Shown: positions 37,111-56,602 of the stretch, piece by piece | How the letters are laid out: each line of letters begins with the position of its first letter | How positions within the stretch are numbered: position 1 is the first letter of the stretch | From: Dictyostelium discoideum | Lineage: Eukaryota | Direction: 5' to 3' | NCBI GenBank assembly: GCA_000004695.1 | Contig: CM000151.3 | Span: 6,176,001-6,240,000 of the forward strand | Length of the DNA: 64,000 nucleotides | Translations under genes and position numbers: made by a program | Notes under the pieces: generated by a model | The model's database searches: none | Seen by the model: only the letters and a program-made list of their open reading frames with translations | What the model was told of the DNA's origin: nothing

Positions 37111-38902
37111 TTCATTCTTTTATATATTTCCATTAAATTTTGGAGCTATTTTTCTATCTAATCTTCATCAAAACCAATAAAATTATTATCACTCCTAGTT
37201 ATAAAATTTTCTTGCGCGTGTGAAATTGAATAAAACATAAAAAAAAATTGTTTTTTTATTCTTTTTTTTTTTTTTTTTTTGTGACAATGAATGTTTCAAA
37301 AAAATAATTAAATTTTATTTTGGAATTAAAAAAAAAAAAAAAAAATATCCGGACTACAAAACAATTAAAAAAAAAAATTTCAAAGAATAACAAACAGTGT
37401 TTTATTTTTTGAAAATAAAAATTTTAATTTTTTATTTTTATTTTTTAAAATTGTTTGAGTAGACTAAAAAAAATATTTAAAATATATTCAAATAGTATGT
37501 CAAAAAATAAATAAAAAAAAAAATGACTGGGATGTTCCAAATTGTATTATATATATTTTTTTGTAAACACTTAAAACACTGGAATCAATTCCCCTGTTTG
37601 TTTTATTTATTTATTTTTTTTGTTTAATTATTGGAATGACATTATTCCAAAGTAATTCGAAATTGTTCTTTATTTTTTTCATTTTTTTATTTTCATTTTT
37701 TTTTTTTTTTTTTGTTTTTTAAAAAAAAAAAGGCCCAAATTTGGAAAAGTATGAGGATAATTTTTTTTTTTTTTTTGTTTTTTTTTTTTTTTTTGTTGAT
37801 TTGCGACCCTCCAAATTTTCAAAACTAAAAAAAAAAATTAAAAAAAAAAAAAATTAAAAAAATAAATTAAAATAAAAAAATTGAAATTAAAATTTTATTT
37901 TTTTTTTAATTTATTTTTTTTTTTTTTAATTTGAATTATTTTCATTTAAAATTGGGATTTTTTTTTTAGATCAAAGAATCCCGGGATACCAGTAGATGTC
38001 GATTTGTTAACGTCAATTCAATTCACATTGTTTTTTTGGCCCATTTAATTTAAAAAGGTTTACAACTGAAAGACCAAAATTATATTATTTCTATTAAACT
38101 CAATTAAATATTATTTTTATTTATTTTTTTTTAATTAAATACAACTTTTTTTTTTTTCTATAAAAAAACAAAAAAACTTTTTTAAAACTTCACTTCAATT
38201 AAAATTACAATTTTTTAAAATAAAAAAAACTAAAAAAAAAACTAAAAAAATAAATAAAATAAAAGATATAATAATAAATAACAAATAAAAAATAAATAAA
38301 AATAAAAAAAAGATTATAATAAAAATAAAATTATATATCTAAATTAATAAATTTCAACATATCAAATTAGATTTTTTTTTTTTTTTTCATTTTAAAAAAT
38401 AATTTTTTAAATAATAAAAACATTAATAAAAAAAGATTGTACCATTAAATAAAAAATAATAATAATAATAAAAAAAAAAAAAAAAAATAAGAATAAAACA
38501 AATTCAAAAAAAAAAAAAAAATAATTAATATAAAGGTAAGAATTAAATTATTATTTTTTTGAGAAAAAAAAGAAAAAAAAAAACAATTAAAACACCCAAA
38601 ACACTACGATATCTCAATAATTCAAAGCCAAACAGATTTTCAAAAAAAAAAAAAAAAATAAAAAAAATATTTTTTTTTAAATTTTTTTTCTTCTTTTTTT
38701 TTAATTTTATTTTCTTTTTAAAATATAACTCTATTCAAAGGTATTAATACTGGTGATTTTTTTTTTTTTTTTTTTATTATTTATTTTATTATTTTTTATT
38801 TATTTTTTTATTTTTTATTTTTTTATTTTTTTATTTTTTTAGTATTTTAGACAATTTAGCGAAAATCAACAAATACATTTCAAAATAATAAAAATAAAAA
38901 AA

Positions 38903-39047
38903 ATGAGTGGATACGTTGGAAACCTTTCACCAGAACAAGAACATCAATTAGGTATTATTAAATCTAAAATTGCAGAAATTAATGATCCAGTTGTAGAAAA
39001 AGAAATTCAACAATTAGATGATTCTATGACCTTAAGGTATTGTATAA

Positions 39048-39083
<36 letters not shown>

Positions 39084-39777
39084 ACCACCATCAATTATAA
39101 ACACACAAAAAAATAAATAAAAACCTCAAACTAATCATCATTTTTTATTTATTTTATTTCATTTTAAAAATTAGATTTTTAAGAGCTAGAAAATGGAATC
39201 TAAAAGATTCATTTGATATGCTCTATGAAGCATTAAAATTCCGAGCAACATTTCAAGATGTTGGAGTTGAAGGTATAACAGAATCAATGGTTGTTAATGA
39301 ATTAAAGAGTGGTAAGAGTTATTTCCATGGTGTTGATAAAGGTGGTAGACCAGTTTGTATTGTTAAAACCAGTAGACATGATAGTTACAACAGAGATTTG
39401 AATGAATCGATGAGATATTGTGTCTACGTAATGGAAAATGGTAAATCAATGTTAAAGGACGGTATTGAAACTTGTACACTTATTTTCGATATGTCTGATT
39501 TTAGTTCAAAAAATATGGATTATCCATTGGTTAAATTTATGGTTGAATTATTTCAAAAGTTTTATCCAGAATCATTACAAAAATGTTTAATTTTAAATGC
39601 ACCTTGGATCTTTATGGGAATTTGGCATATCATCAAACATTGGTTAGATCCAAATACCGCTTCAAAAGTTTCTTTTGTCAAAACTAAACAATTGGTTGAT
39701 TATATTCCAAAAGATCAATTAGAAAGTTCTTATGGTGGAACAAGTACATTTAAATATACTTATGAAGGAAAAGAAGT

Positions 39778-39784
<7 letters not shown>
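38903..39784 (+). CDS. SEC14/CRAL-TRIO lipid-binding protein. Two exons: 38903..39036 and 39175..39784
   Basis: Splicing with a GTATTG donor and TTAG acceptor restores the SEC14 N-terminal motif LRRFLRARKWNLKDSFDMLYEALKFR. A CRAL-TRIO core follows (YFHGVDKGGRPVCIV...LILNAPWIF). Confidence 0.75.
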
Positions 39785-39815
<31 letters not shown>

Positions 39816-40011
39816 TTACTTTTAAAATATATAAATTGTAATAACAACAAGAACAACAACAATAACAATAACAATAATAATTTCAAAACCAAAAAAAAAC
39901 TTTATCCTTCAATTACCGAAATCTCCACTTTTAATTATTTTTTTTTTTGTTTAAAAAAAATAAATAAATAAATAAATGTATATATAATTTCTTAAAAATT
40001 TATTCTTTATT

Positions 40012-41418
<1,407 letters not shown>

Positions 41419-41775
41419 TTTTTATAGTATAAAAAAAAGAAAAAAAAAAAAAACAATAATAATAACATTTAAAAAAAAAACATAATAATAATAAATTAAA
41501 AATAAAAAAAAAAACAATTATAATAACATTTTAAAAAAATAGTTTAATTTATTTATTTTAGTAGTTTTAATACACACACAACACCACGAATTCTGAATAA
41601 TAAAAAAAAATTAAGACACTGTTTTTTTTTTTTATAAAAAAAAATTAATTATTAGATTATTAATTCCTTTCTTTTTTCATTTTCATATTTTTTTTATGAA
41701 AATAAAAAAAAAAGAAAGAAAAAAAAAAACAAAATAAAAAATAAAAAATAAAAATGCTTTTTAAAAATTTATTCT

Positions 41776-42072
41776 TTATATTATTTTAAAGTTTTTAAAT
41801 TTTTCAATTGAATCAAAGAATGTTGTAGTATCAGATTTACCTTTTGAGAGTGGACATAATAATAAAATTGATTCATTTTTAAAATAATCGTTTTTTGGAA
41901 TTATATCCAAAATATGATTAATTAATACTGTGGTTGGAGAAATTTCAACAAAAACTACTTTTTCACCTAAATTATTATTTTCAATATGATTAAATAAACT
42001 TTTAATTGATTGATTATATTTAACTGGAGCTCTAATATTTTGAAAAAGATACTCATTATCAAATAAAAATAA

Positions 42073-42142
<70 letters not shown>

Positions 42143-43062
42143 TGTTGGTTACTAATAACATTATTAACAGGAACAACAATAACATCATTATCTTGATTGT
42201 TATTTAAAACATTGAAAAATTTACAATTCACACATGACATCATTGGTACTATATTGGAATTTGATGAAGAAAATAAAGAAATTGGATTTTTTAAATAATT
42301 AAATTTTAAATTCATTATTTCATTTTTAACGATATCTTGTGAAGAAGTATGAAATGATGTTGGTACTGGTATCATTTTAGCAAAAATACCAGCATTTGAA
42401 ATTTCATTTGATAATTTTAATAAATCACTATTTTTACCACCAACCATTATAGAATTATCATCACAATAAATTGCAATTTCAATATTTTTATACTTTTTTA
42501 AATAATTTTCATTAAATTCTTTTTCTGTAATATTAATTTTACATAATCCATTTTCAAATTTATTAATATTATAAATGCAATTATCAATAATATTATTATA
42601 ATTATTATTTTCATTCAAAGATAATTTAATTGTTTTCTTTTGTAGGATTGATCTATTATATAAAATATAACAAGCACTTTCAAAATCTAGTAAACCAGAA
42701 CAATATGAAGATGCAATTTCACCACAACTAATTCCAAAATTATAATTTGGTTTAATACCATAATGTTTTAATAATTTAAATAATGAAATTTGAAACATGA
42801 ATAAAATTGAATGAGATAAACATTGTTCACTTAACTCTTCACTGTTTTTATCATCAATATTTCTTAATTTTTCAATCATTGAATATCCAAAATATTTTTC
42901 ATTCAACCAATTATCAACTCTATCCATTTCATTTCTAAAGATAATTTCATTTTCATATAATTCTTTCGACATACCACTCCAATGAATACCTTGTCCTACA
43001 AATATAAAAATAATATTTACTTTTTCATTTTCTTTTAAACCTTTTATATTATTTTCATTCAT
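41776..43062 (-). CDS. Standalone acyltransferase-domain protein, tandem copy 2, about 428 aa counted from the MNENNIKGL start
   Basis: Near-identical paralog of copy 1: VGQGIHWSGM, GISCGEIASSY, PVPTSFHTSS. It has much shorter Asn tracts. The track ORF is extended upstream by 29 hydrophobic poly-F codons that are probably not coding. Confidence 0.65.
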
Positions 43063-43624
43063 TTTTAATAATAATATGTAAACTTTATTTTTTTTTTTTA
43101 AAAAAAAAAAAACAAAAATAATAATAAAAAAAAAAAACAAAAAAAACAATTATAATAATATTTAAAAAAGGTTTAATTTATAATATATATTTTATTTTAA
43201 TTTATTGTTTTATTACACATACATTTTAACTAATTGTTTTATTACAAACACCACTAATTCTTAATAATAAAAAAAAAAAAAAAATGAAAAAGACATAACC
43301 ACTGGTTATTTTTTAAAAAAAAATCCAAAAAAGATAATATAATATCTTTGAGATATTAAAAAAAAACAAGTAGAAAATAAATAAAAATAAATAAAATAAT
43401 TAATAAATATATTTATAATTTATTTATATTTCTTTCAAATAAAAAAAAAAACTTAATTGATTCATAGTAGAAAAAAAAAAAAAAAAAAAAAATGCTTTTT
43501 AAAAATTTATTCTTTATTTAATTTTAAGGGTGGTTAGATGTAAAAATTTCAGCTTTAATGTGGTGGTTTGTAGACTTTTTTTTTAACTTTTATTTTTTTA
43601 TTTCCTATAAGGCTCCCCTTAATT

Positions 43625-43928
43625 TTATTTAAAGTTTTTAAATTTTTTAATTGAATCAAAGAATGTTGTAGTATCAGATTTACCTTTTGAGAGTGGACAT
43701 AATAATAAAATTGATTCATTTTTAAAATAATCATTTTTTGGAATAATATTTAAAATATGATTAACTAATACTGGAGTTGGTGCAATTTCAACAAAAACTA
43801 CTTTTTCACCTAAATTGTTATTTTCAATATGATTAAATAAACTTTTAATTGATTGATTATATTTAATTGGAGCTCTAATATTTTGAAAAAGATATTCATT
43901 ATCAAATAAAAATAAATTATTATTATTA
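43625..43928 (-). CDS. Standalone acyltransferase-domain protein, tandem copy 3. Only the C-terminal about 100 codons are present; the 5' part is lost in the assembly gap
   Basis: The sequence 43640..43920 is about 95% identical to the 3' ends of copies 1 and 2, down to the stop and the downstream TTTAAAAATTTATTCTTTAT motif. Confidence 0.6.
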
Positions 43929-44038
43929 TTATTATTATNNNNNNNNNNNNNNNNNNNNNNNNNNNNNNNNNNNNNNNNNNNNNNNNNNNNNNNNNNNNNN
44001 NNNNNNNNNNNNNNNNNNNNNNNNNNNNNNNNNNNNNN
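43929..44038. other. Assembly gap of 110 N
   Basis: A run of N characters. It is flanked on one side by the tandem AT-domain array and on the other by the 3' exon of the next gene. Confidence 1.
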
Positions 44039-46009
<1,971 letters not shown>

Positions 46010-46653
46010 TTTTTAAAAAAAAAGTTGAAAAAAATGAAAAAAAATGAATTCCAAAAAAAAATATCTTTTGGGAAATAGGAAAAAAAAAAAAATTGAAAAA
46101 TAAAAAAAAAGTGAAAAATTAAAAAAAGTGAAAAATGAATAAAAAAATAAACAAAAACAAATAAAATATTTAAATAAAATATTTTATAATGATTATATTT
46201 TATTTTTATTTGTTTTAAATTATATAAAAAAAAAGAAAAAAAAAATAAAAAATAAAATAAAATAAAAAAAAACTTATTTGATTAGAGAATTAAAAAAAAA
46301 TAAATAAATAAAAAAAGAAAAAGAAAAAGAAAAATAAAAATAAAAAAAAATAAAAAAAAATAAAATAAAAAAAAATAAAAAATTAAAAAATTGAAAAAAA
46401 AAAATTGGTGGGAAAAATCTTTTGATTTTTGTCCTTCAAGCATAAATTAATCGCAACTTTATTTAAAGTGCGACAGCAATAGCAAAAAAAAAAAAAATAA
46501 TAATAAAAAAAAAAAAAAAAAAAATTTTTTTATTAAAACAAATGATAAATTGTATAAAGGTCGAATTTAAAAAAAAATATATATAAATTGAATTAATTTA
46601 AAACTATAAACAAATACAAATAAAAAAAAAAATAAAAAAAAATAAAAAAAACA

Positions 46654-49612
<2,959 letters not shown>

Positions 49613-49639
49613 GATTGGGAAAATGTTGGGAATCCAAAA

Positions 49640-49670
<31 letters not shown>

Positions 49671-49789
49671 CTAAATAATTTAAAGTTAAAATAATATTTG
49701 TTATACTGTATAGGTATTCAAATTTTAATTAATTTAAAAAAAAAAAAATAAAAAAAAAAAAATAAAAAAAAAAGAAATATAAATAAAAA

Positions 49790-49905
49790 AGAAAAGAAAA
49801 GAAAAGAAAAGAAAAGAAAAGAAAAGAAAAGAAAAGAAAAGAAAAGAAAAGAAAAGAATAAAAATAAAAATAAAAATAAAAATAAAAATAAAAATAAAAA
49901 TTAAA
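49790..49905. repeat. (AAAAG)n followed by (AAAAAT)n microsatellites, intergenic
   Basis: 14 GAAAA units followed by 7 AAAAAT units, seen directly. Confidence 0.9.
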
Positions 49906-50273
49906 ATTAAAATAAATGAAATAAAAATCTTTTTATTTATCTAATTCTTTTACGTGTCAATTGATTATTATTAAATAGTATTGTAGAATTATATAATTGA
50001 TATACATTTGCAAAAGGGGTCTTTTGGTTATTATTATTATTACTATTATTTTGGACTGTGGCAATTGAAAGAATTGATTCTATTTTTTAAAATTAAAAAT
50101 ATTAGCAAGAAATAAATTAATTTATATAATTTTGTATTAAAACAAACCAATGATTGTCATTTTTTTTTTATTGTTTGAAAATATAATTAAAAAAAAAAAA
50201 AAATTCAAATAATCAATTATAACAACAAAAAAAAAAAATTAAAACAAAAAATCACAAATTTATTAATTTCAAC

Positions 50274-50354
50274 ATGGGAGCTCATGAAGCAAAAGGAGCA
50301 GTGGAGAGAAGAAAGGCAGACTCAGACAGCAAAGAAAATCCACCATTAAAATAA
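50274..50354 (+). other. Small GC-rich ORF of 26 codons, MGAHEAKGAVERRKADSDSKENPPLK, in AT-rich intergenic DNA
   Basis: An island of about 45% GC with codon usage atypical for the surrounding genome (GGA, GCA, GTG, GAG, AGA, AAG, GAC, AGC). The MG start resembles an N-myristoylation context. Confidence 0.2.
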
Positions 50355-50639
50355 TATAATAAAATGATATAATTAAAAATATAGTTAGTAATATTATTAC
50401 TTGTTTAATATATTAAAATCAATTGTTTAATATAATATAATTATTTACCATTAAAATGTTGTTCACTTCCATTTAAAATAAAATTTTAAATTAAATAATA
50501 GTTCATATTTTTCAATACTTTTTTTGAAGATGGTGAATAAAAAAAAAAGTCTTTGAAGAGGATATTCCTAAAATTACTCTTCTTAAAACATTTTTTTGTT
50601 TGTTTATTTATTTTATTATTGATTAATCTATTTTTAAAT

Positions 50640-50997
50640 TTAATTAATTGTTTTCTTTACTCGTGAAATTTCTCCAAACCCGAATCTTAATCTTGTAGTT
50701 TTTCTTTTTATTGAAGTTAAATTTTGTGAAGTTGGATATTGTAACCTTTCCGGAATTAATCGAGGAGTTAAATTTTGTGAAGTTGGAAATTGTAACCTTT
50801 CCGGAATTAATAGAGGAGTGGATCCATCATCATGATATTGAGTTAGAAGTGGCTGTGCGCATGATGGGCTACTTTGAATACTATTATTATCATCATCCTC
50901 TACAAATTCATCACGTTCTTGTTGGCTACTTTTATTATCTTCATCATCATCATCATCTTCTAAAACTTCATCACGTTCTTGTTCTGACATCGAACCA
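50640..50997 (-). CDS. Hypothetical acidic 119-aa ORF immediately downstream of tRNA-Arg, with an internal 53-bp tandem duplication
   Basis: ATG at 50997..50995 overlaps the ex-B box. Tandem duplication at 50716..50768 and 50769..50821 gives LIPERLQF/YPTSQNLT twice. D/E-rich. The track ORF is longer only because it reads through the tRNA. Confidence 0.2.
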
Positions 50998-51035
50998 GCG
51001 ACTTTGATGTTCCGCAGTAAAAATAATTCACCCAT

Positions 51036-51108
51036 TGTGGGTCTCGATCCCACGACCTGCAGCTTAGAAGGCTGCCGCAATTCCAACTTTGCTAAACGGG
51101 CTTTGTTG
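51036..51108 (-). tRNA. tRNA-Arg, anticodon UCU, second identical copy
   Basis: Reverse complement is identical to 11314..11386. An ex-B-like box GGTTCGATGTC lies about 33 bp downstream (plus-strand 50993..51003). Confidence 0.8.
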
Positions 51109-51802
51109 AAAATTTAGTTTTTGTACGGCTATAAATTTATATTTTGATTACAAATAAACTCCTAGAACACACCCAAATTGAGTGATGTTATTAAAAAAAA
51201 AAAAAAAAAAAAAATTTATATTTTAATATTTTTGAATCTCATGTTATAGATATCGAGGAGAATCTACTAACAATTGCATTATTTCATTCAAAAAAAATTT
51301 GTATATTTATATTTTTACTATCAAATATTTGAAAATATTTTTATATATTTTTATAATGTTTACAACATTAAATTAAATTATTATTTGAAATATATTAGTA
51401 GTACATTGTAATTTGTAATGAAGGCGAACGAGGTTTCATTACAATTTAAAAAATATCAATATTTTAATTTATAAATAATTATTTTAATTCTATTATTATT
51501 TTAGATAGATATATATTTAAAATATATTTTTAAAACATATTTAAAATATATCTAAATAATAAAAAATAAAAATATTTTAAATAAATAGACTAAAAATATT
51601 TTTTTTTATTTTTTATTTTCATTTTTTTTTTTTTTTTTGAAAATATCTTTGTGGATTTTAAACAAAAGTGTAAGAGAATATCAAAAAGAACAATAAAATT
51701 CGTCAGAAAGATTTTTTTAATTCCCAAACAGAAGGTGAAATTATTTTTTTTTTTTTTTTATTAATGGTGAAAGTGGTGAAAAGAAAATTCTAAATAAAAT
51801 TA

Positions 51803-51835
<33 letters not shown>

Positions 51836-51966
51836 TTTTTTATTTTTATTTTCAATCTCGTTATGGATATTTTTTTTTAAATAAAAAAAAAAAAAAAAAA
51901 AAAAAAAAAATAAAGTTTGTTTACTCTTTTTGTTAAAAAAAAAAAATACATTTTTATATTTTTCAC

Positions 51967-52014
<48 letters not shown>

Positions 52015-52080
52015 AATCGATACTCAAATAAATAAATATATAAAAGTTTTATTATTTACTCTATATATAATTTTTAAAAG

Positions 52081-54478
52081 ATGGGATCATCATTAAATAA
52101 ACCCTTATCAGATAGGGTGGAAGATATAAATAATCAATCATCAATGATATATGACCCATGGAGACACAGAGGTGATGTAAATTCAACCTATCATTCATCA
52201 TCATCGGTTACACATAGAAGAAGGAATCATAGGCTATCGCCTCTAGAAAAACAAAAAATGAAAAATATACAAAGTTTAAATTTTAGTGTAAATGATAATC
52301 TTTTACAAAGAGAAGAATATGAAAAAACAACAAAAGGGGTAAACTTAAATTATAATTATTATTACTTATATATATATAAATATATATAATATACTAATTT
52401 CTTTTTTTTATTTTTATTTAGCTTCATTTAAAAAAAACATTTGGTAAATGGATTATATGTTTATTTTTAGGTGTTATAGTTGGATGTATAGCATATGTAA
52501 TTAAAATGGTTGTTCAATTACTTCAAGGTTTAAAATTTCATTATACAAATCATTGTAAGGAGTTTATATATATATTTATGTATTTATAAATATATAAACT
52601 TTATTTATTAATTAAATTAATTTTTATGTATATATAGATGTATCAAATGGATTACAAGGTGAAGCATTTTTAACATTTTTAGGTATAAATTTATTATTTG
52701 TATTTTTATCATGTTTAATGGTGATAGTGGCAGGACCATTAGCAAGTAGTTCAGGTATACCAGAAGTTAAAGGAATTTTAAATGGTGTTAAAGTTAGAGA
52801 AGCATTAGGATTTAGAGCATTATTAGGAAAGATTGTATCATTGGTACTATCATTTTCATCTGGATTATTTGTTGGACCTGAGGGACCAATGATTCATATT
52901 GGATCAGCAGTTGGTGCTGCCATTAGTCAATTTAAGTCATCGACAATGGGTTTCTATCCATCGTTATTCCTTTCCTATAGAAACGATAGAGATAAGAGAG
53001 ATTTCATTTCAATTGGTGCAGCCACTGGGCTGGCAGCAGCATTTGGTGCACCCATTGGCGGCGTTTTATTTTCAATTGAAGAGGTATCATCATTTTGGTC
53101 ACGTCAATTAACTTGGAGAACATTTTTCACTTGTGTTATAGCAGCATTCACAACCAATTTCCTTTTACAAGGTATTGGTTCGTCACCTGATATGCATGAT
53201 ACTGGTTTACTCACTTTTGGTTTCTCAAGACTCTATCTATTTAGGTATTCAGAATTATTATGTTTTTGTTTCTTGGGTTTAATTGGTGGTTTGTTAGGTG
53301 CATTCTTTGTGTTTTTAAATATACATTTAAACAAATGGAGAAAAGAAAAATTAAAACAAAATCCTTATTTAAGATTATTCGAAGCATTGTTTGTAAGTGT
53401 TGTAACATCTGTAGTTTGTTATTATGCCTCTTTTATATTTGATTGTAGATACCAATCGAATATTGTCATTGAAACTAGTGTTTGTGAAGATCAATCGAAT
53501 ACTGAAATGGTGCAATTCTTTTGTCCTGTAAGTTGAAGAAAAAAAAAAAAAATATAAAATATAAAAAAATAATTATTATTTATTAATTTCAATTTTTTTT
53601 TTTTCTTTTAAAAGGATGGAATGTATAGTGAATTGGGATCATTGTTATTTGGTAACCCAGATCAAGCATTAAGAAGATTATATTCAAGAACAAATAATAT
53701 GTTTACATTACCACCATTATTAGTGTTTACATTGATTTCATTATTTTTTTCAATTTGGTCAAGTGGTTTATGGGTCGCAGGTGGACTTTTTGTACCAATG
53801 ATGATGGTTGGTGCAGGATTTGGTAGGTTATTCGGTCAAACCATTTCAATGTGGTTCACAAATATTGATAGTAGTATTTATGCATTGGTAGGTTCAGCTG
53901 CAATGATGGCTGGTTATTGTAGGATGACCGTTTGTATAGTGGTAATCATGGTTGAACTAACTGAAGGTACACAATATTTAGTACCAATCATTTTGGCAGT
54001 AATGATATCTAAATGGGTTGGTGACTTTTTTAATGAATCAGTTTATGAACATTTAATGGAACAGAAATCAATACCATTCTTACAATCCAAACCACCCCAT
54101 TCAACGAATAACATTAGAATCTCTGATGTTATGAGTAAAAATGTTGTGGTTTTACCAGAAGTTTGCCAAGTTAGACTATTGGTCAACATTTTAAATTCAA
54201 ATAATCATAATGCTTTCCCTGTTATCAATAGTGGTCCATATGATAATCAAAGACTTTACCGAGGTATCATTCTTAGAGATCATATTTTGGTACTACTCTT
54301 TTATCGTGTATTCTATAGAGGTACCGGTGAAGAGATTTATTTAGATGAAAATTTTGACTTTGATAAATTTACAACAGAAACCTCAAAAAGTCCACCACCT
54401 TTATCTGAAATGAATTTTGATCAATTTGAATTAGATTCTTTTATTGATTTAAGACCATGTATGTAAATCTTATTTATT

Positions 54479-54526
<48 letters not shown>

Positions 54527-54874
54527 TATATGTATTAATATTAATTTATTTATTTATTTATTAAAAAAAAAAAAAAAAAAATAGATATGAATAGTAGTGG
54601 AGTGACAATTCATAATACATTTTCATTTGTTGAAGCTTATAAATTATTTAGAAATATGGGTTTAAGACATTTACCAGTTAGTAAGTTTTTTAATTTTTAA
54701 TTTTTTTATTTTTTAAAAAAAAAAAAAAATTAATTTTATTTTATAAAAATTTATATAATCATCATTCTAATACTTGTCTTCTTTTAAATTTTTTATTTAT
54801 TTAATTTTAAAAATATTAAAGTTGATATAAACAACGAGGTAGTTGGAATGGTAACTAGAAATGATTTATTCTAA
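52081..54874 (+). CDS. CLC-family chloride channel / H+-Cl- exchanger with C-terminal CBS domains. Six exons: 52081..52338, 52422..52554, 52638..53527, 53615..54458, 54585..54680, 54822..54874
   Basis: CLC selectivity motifs GSGIPE (exon 3), GPEGP, and GLFVP/GAGFGRLFG (exon 4), with many TM helices. CBS-like C-terminus ...FRNMGLRHLPV|...EVVGMVTRNDLF. Donors are GTAAAC, GTAAGG, GTAAGT, GTATGT, GTAAGT. Frame is continuous across junctions. Confidence 0.75.
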
Positions 54875-55027
54875 AAACTTGTTAAACTCAAATTATTCAA
54901 ATAATATTTTTTAATGTCAAAAAAAAAAAAAAAATAATAATAATTTTTATTTTTATATTTTTTTTTTTTTTCTTGGATTGTACAAATTTAAAAAATAAAT
55001 AAAATAATAATAATAATAAATAATAAC

Positions 55028-55100
<73 letters not shown>

Positions 55101-56515
55101 TCTCAACACACAAGTAAACCGCATCATCATTTTAATTATTATAAATTTAATAATTTAATAATATATTAAATATACATTTTACTATTATTAAGCTTGTATA
55201 ATATTTTATTTAATTCAATAAAATAAAATACTTAAATAAAATATACAAGTTGTATATCTGGGATAAACTTTAAACAAGTAAATATTAATCATTTGTTTTT
55301 AGAAAGAGTTAACATTGATTGGTTGAATCTTTTTTTTATATTTATTTTTTTTTTTCTTTTTTTTAAGAAAATGATTAATATTACAAGAAAAAAAAAAAAA
55401 GTATTGGAACACCTGTGTGTTATTTGTGGTGATAAAATTATGAATTTTATTTTACTAAAAAAAAATATTATTTGTGCATATTAAAATTAAAAAGGAATTA
55501 AAAAAAATAAAAATTAATTTTAAAAACCCACCCCAAAAAATTTAAATTTATTTCACAATAATAATACAAATTTAGTAAAATTTTACAAACAACAATTACA
55601 ACAGTTTTTAAAAAAATATCTAAAATAATAAGATCTAATTCGATTTCAAAAATTAAATAATATTAACATCATCACCTCTCAAATTATATGACATTTTTTT
55701 TTTTTTCTTTTTTTTTTTTCTATTTCTTTGTGTTTATTTTTTTTTTTATAATTTTTTTATTTTACTCAATCACATCAATATTAGATTTCAATCACTTGTT
55801 ATTGTTTTATTTTTTTAAATTATAACCCATTTTTTTAATTTTTTAAATTTTTGTTTGTTTTTTTTTAATTCAAACTGTGTTTGTGGAGGTTAAAAATACA
55901 ACTCATATTCAAAAAACCCACTTTTAATTATTTTTTAAAAAGAAATAAATAAAAAAACAGTTACCCAACATGCATTCAAACTTTTTTTTTTTATCTATTT
56001 CTTAATTTGAAGGGAAAAACAAAAAAATAATAATTAAAATGTTTTTTACAAACAAATATTTTGGTATAAAAAGGAATTTGAAAAAAAAAAAAATAATCAT
56101 TCAAATCAAATAAATCGAATTGTAAAATTAAATAAAAAAAACTTTAAAACTATAAAAAAAAAAAATGACTCTCTTTGGTAAATATTATTTTAAAAAGAGA
56201 CAAAAAAAAAAATAAAAAAATAAAAAAATAAAAAATTAATTATTAACATTTTAAAACAAAATAATAGAATCCTTAAGATCAATCTCATCTTTTTCAAATG
56301 AAAAGAACCAAAAATTAAACTCAAAAACAAACATTAGTTCAACAACTTTTTCGATTAACTCTTTTGAAAACAATAACATTTGCTTCAATGGAGGAGTTTG
56401 CCCTCGTTAACTTAATCGTACATAAACGTGTGCAACGTTCAAAAGATTCGAACTATTAAACAAACCATTTATAAATTAATATACTCATAATTTAAAAATT
56501 GTATAAATAAAATTA

Positions 56516-56551
<36 letters not shown>

Positions 56552-56602
56552 GAAAAAGAAAAAAGAAAAAGAAAAAAGATAGTATTTTTAGATATTGTCA
56601 AT

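Noticed and set aside
41776-43149. N-terminal 29 residues (MFFLFFFFIIIFVFFFLKKKNKVYILLLK) of the AT-domain copy 2 ORF
   Set aside because: It is a translation of the upstream poly-T/poly-A promoter region. The paralog copy 1 starts at the equivalent MNGNNIKGL, so the start at 43062 is preferred.
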